A model generated the notes under the pieces. That model worked only from the letters and a program-made list of their open reading frames with translations, made no database searches and had not been told where the DNA came from. A DNA stretch of 64,000 nucleotides from Octopus vulgaris (taxonomy: Eukaryota), in contig OX597829.1 in assembly GCA_951406725.2 (NCBI GenBank), positions 19,964,001 through 20,028,000 on the forward strand, written 5' to 3'. Made by a program: the position numbers and the translations under genes. This document shows, piece by piece, positions 1 to 64,000 of the stretch. Every line of letters starts with the position of its first letter. Position 1 is the first letter of the stretch.

Positions 1-299
1 TTTTCTGAGACCATACTAGACTGAATAGATCTGGATTTGCAATATATTCATGTAGAAAAGCTAAATACTTTCTCTAAAATCAGCCCTATATATATTAGAG
101 ATAGCAACTAGGCTTAAGCTTAGCAAATTTCTTACCAAACAACAGAAAGGGGATTAAACTTTATTCTTTTAATAGTATCAGCTCAGGGCTGTGGCCATGC
201 TGGGACATGCAACACTGTAATCTTTTAGCACTGTTTTCCCATTTAAAAAACCAATGCAGAAAAGAAAGTAGGAAAAAACAGCTCAATTAAAATACTTAC

Positions 300-60987
<60,688 letters not shown>

Positions 60988-61289
60988 CTAAATTCAAAAG
61001 AAATAGAAATGTTAGCAAGGATTCTCGGTTTCTTAATGGTAATATTGATGATAAATTAGTAACAACATTAAGCAAGATGTAATATGAAATTACCAAATTC
61101 CATTCTTAATGATAATAAACCACTTCTTTAACCAGTTGCAATAGTAACTTTGTTATTGAGATTTGTAATATTATCTAAATTTCGATTGCTACAACAAAAT
61201 CTCTCAAAATAGTTTCCATCTATCTTCAAAATTAGGTTAATACATTCCATCCATCCATCTTCTCCACCTATTATTCCTGGAAATGTTAT

Positions 61290-62320
61290 AGGAGCAGAGT
61301 CCTCGAGTACATCTCTTCTGTAGGGTCCTATCAGAAGCAACCATCATTAGACTCTCCAACTGGATTCCCAAACATGACTAACTAAGATTATGGACATTAT
61401 CCAACCATCTCTTTTTTGGCCCACTCCTAGGTCTCCCACCGAATGGCTCAGCTTGAAGAATCTGTCTTGCAATTCTTTCCTGTGATATTCTAATTACATG
61501 TCTGTAGTACCAGACATAATAGTAGCTCAACCTAAAGAAACTCCCTGATCTCTGAGTTACACACTTGACTAAAGTAACTTTACTCTAGAGAACCTTTGGA
61601 GGAACTCAATTTCAGCCTTTTCTTTTTTAGTAGCAATCATATTCTTTTGGTTATTAGCCAACATTCAAGACCATATGTGAAGGTGCATGGCTCAGTGGTT
61701 AGCTCATTGGGCTGACAATCATGAGGTAGTGAGTTCAATTCCCAGACCAGGCTGTGTGTTGTGTTACTTTACATTACTTCAGTTCACTCATCTGTAGAAA
61801 TGATGTCACAGGTGCCAAGCTGTATTAGCCTTTGCCTTTCCCTTGGATAACATCAGTGGTGTGGAGAGGGGAGGCTGGTATGCATGGGCAACTACTGATC
61901 TTCCATAAACGACCTTACCAATACTTGTGCCTCAGAGAGTAACTCACTAGGTGCAATCCCATGGTCATTAATGACCAAAGGGGATCTTTACCCTTTAACC
62001 TGTGAGGATAGGTATGAAAACCAAATTAAAAATAGCAAGTTTGGCTTTTTTGCCAAACTCTTCTCTTCTGAAAACCAAATGCTGAAACTGGAATTCAATT
62101 CTAGTATTCAATTCAGCCCTTTGATTTCCATCACTCATAAATACAGCTCCGAGATACCTAAACTTTTCCACATGCTTCAGTGATGTTCCACTAACATGCA
62201 GTGTGGACTGGGGAAACTTTCATGAGAAGATCAATGTCTCAGTCAATTGTAACACAAATTCTCATATCTGCCATGCAGCACTCGGCAGCAAACCCATTAT
62301 AATAGTTGATATGTTCTGTC
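61290..62320 (-). mobile_element. Degenerate RTE-type LINE fragment interrupted by a SINE (about 61676-62000)
   Basis: VEKFRYLGAVF...FIPILT|YGLECW...GRPRSGPKKRWLD; TGTGA repeated at the SINE flanks. Confidence 0.75.
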
Positions 62321-63940
62321 ATAAAATAAGCTAATTAAGGCTGCCTCACTGACCAAATATTGAAGTTTGACAGACACCAACATACAAGACATCTTACATT
62401 CCATGAAGCTCCAAAGAACTCTATGGCGAGATAGCTTAATCAAGGTTATTTAAAAATAGCTAGTAATTAACATCATGTTTTTGATTTTTTTCACATAGAT
62501 ACAAAGCTTGGTGTTAAAAGAGTAAGTGAATACAAATGAGACATGGTATTCTTGTCTTTCTCAAGAGTCATGAAAAAAAATTTTTAATGGAATTGGCTTG
62601 CAACACAACCTGTACATGGCTAATTATAGAAGATAAGTTGAAAAATGAAAAAAGAAGTGAAGGACAGAGAGGAGGAAATAAAAAAGAATAAAGGAGGAGA
62701 GAGATAACAGGAGGAAGAGTGGGAGAAAGGAAAATGAAGAGGAGGAGCAGAAAGAGAGGATGCAGTAAAGAGGGTGGATAAGGGAAAGACAAGGAAGATA
62801 AGAAACAAGAGCATGATAATCAATGATAGAATCAGTTACTCATTCAATTACCATGAGGTACATGATTATAGAATTTATAATATATAGTGTTTAATTACAT
62901 AGCAACAACTTCAACCTACAAAACCAGTATTTGTTAGTCATTTTTGATGCAACAGAGACATCAGTAACAATATATACTTTTAATCTTATTTTCATTTTTA
63001 CTATTCAACTGATAGAATCACTAAAATGTTTCAAAAAGTATCTTTGTGGCATTTGGTCCGGAACCTTGTGTTCTAAGTTCAAATCTTGCTGTGGTCACCT
63101 TTGCCTTTCATTCCTCCAGGGTCAATGAAATAGAGTATCAGTTATCTACTGGAGTCAATAATATTGACTAGCCTTTACCCTCAAAATTGCCAGCCTTGTG
63201 CCTACATCATAGATTATTGTTGTTGTTGCTGTTATTAGTGTTACTATTATTAGGGTAGGAAGCTGGCAGAATTATTAGTATGTCAGATGAAATGCTTAGC
63301 AGCATTTCTTCCAGTGCTTTACATTATGAGTTCAAATATCGCCAAAGTCAACCCTGCCCTTCATCTTTTTCAGGTTATAAAATAAAGTGCCAGTCAAGTA
63401 CCGGGTCAGTATAATTGACAAACCACTGATCCTTAAAAAGATTGCTGGCCTTCTGCCAAAATTTTAGATTATTATTGAAAGAAGTTCATTGGCTAACTCA
63501 GGGTAGTTCATTTCTTTTTTTTTTTTTTTTTGGCAAAACAGATGTAGCTTAATACAGTCTTGCAGCTTACTGAATCCTGTTGAACCATTCGTTCCATACC
63601 AGGGAAAACAGACATTAAATGATACTGAAGAGTATATCTGTGTTAACCTAAAATATATTCTTTATAAGGATATATTATTTTTGCAAGATTAATAAACAAG
63701 TTTCAAGAAAAAGATAAATATAATAGCAGTGCCCTAACATTGCTCCAGCTCTTGAGCTGAAACTAGTCAAGGAATTTTATGAAAATGGTGTAGTAACTAG
63801 CTTGTTTACCAACCACATGGTTCCAGGTTCAGTCCCACTGCGTGGCACCTTGGGCAAGTGTCTTCTACTATAGCCTTGTGAACAAAGCCTTGTGAGTGGA
63901 TTTGGTAGACGGAAACTGAAAGAAGCCCATCGTATATATG

Positions 63941-63979
<39 letters not shown>

Positions 63980-64000
63980 ATGTTTGTGTGTCTGTATTTG

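Noticed and set aside
1-73. Terminal GCN2 exon at the left edge
   Set aside because: An acceptor (gattttag) exists, but its phase relative to exon 300-349 cannot be fixed, so it is not called.
62931-62970. TTGTTA-CTGATGT...TAACAA hammerhead-like motif (minus strand)
   Set aside because: Both core segments deviate (CUGAUGU, AAAA); compatible with chance.

Overview
AT-rich, repeat-dense animal genomic DNA. The SINE/RTE repertoire and TA/TG microsatellites point to an octopus (coleoid cephalopod); this is an inference. The whole window lies inside one minus-strand multi-exon gene, a GCN2/EIF2AK4-family eIF2-alpha kinase. I reconstructed 26 exons by hand from splice sites and reading phase. They cover the kinase domain ([24 protein letters not shown] intact), the HisRS-like domain and most of the C-terminal domain; the 5' part (RWD, pseudokinase) and possibly the last exon lie outside the window. 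Introns are filled with tRNA-derived SINEs, RTE/CR1/R4-type LINE fragments, mariner, hAT and piggyBac-type MITEs, and a Helitron. Most notable: (1) several unrelated type I hammerhead ribozyme motifs in microsatellite-associated Penelope/retrozyme-like elements, one canonical and sense to the pre-mRNA; (2) loss of the conserved arginines of the tRNA-sensing domain (m2 FR->FH, GGRYD->GGNYA), with the m2 His codon revertible to Arg by A-to-I editing; (3) an intronic exon duplicate with a snap-back hairpin junction; (4) a GC-AG intron; (5) long inverted repeats near exons, including a tRNA-Thr-like palindrome. Protein comparisons are from recalled GCN2 sequences; no database search was run.
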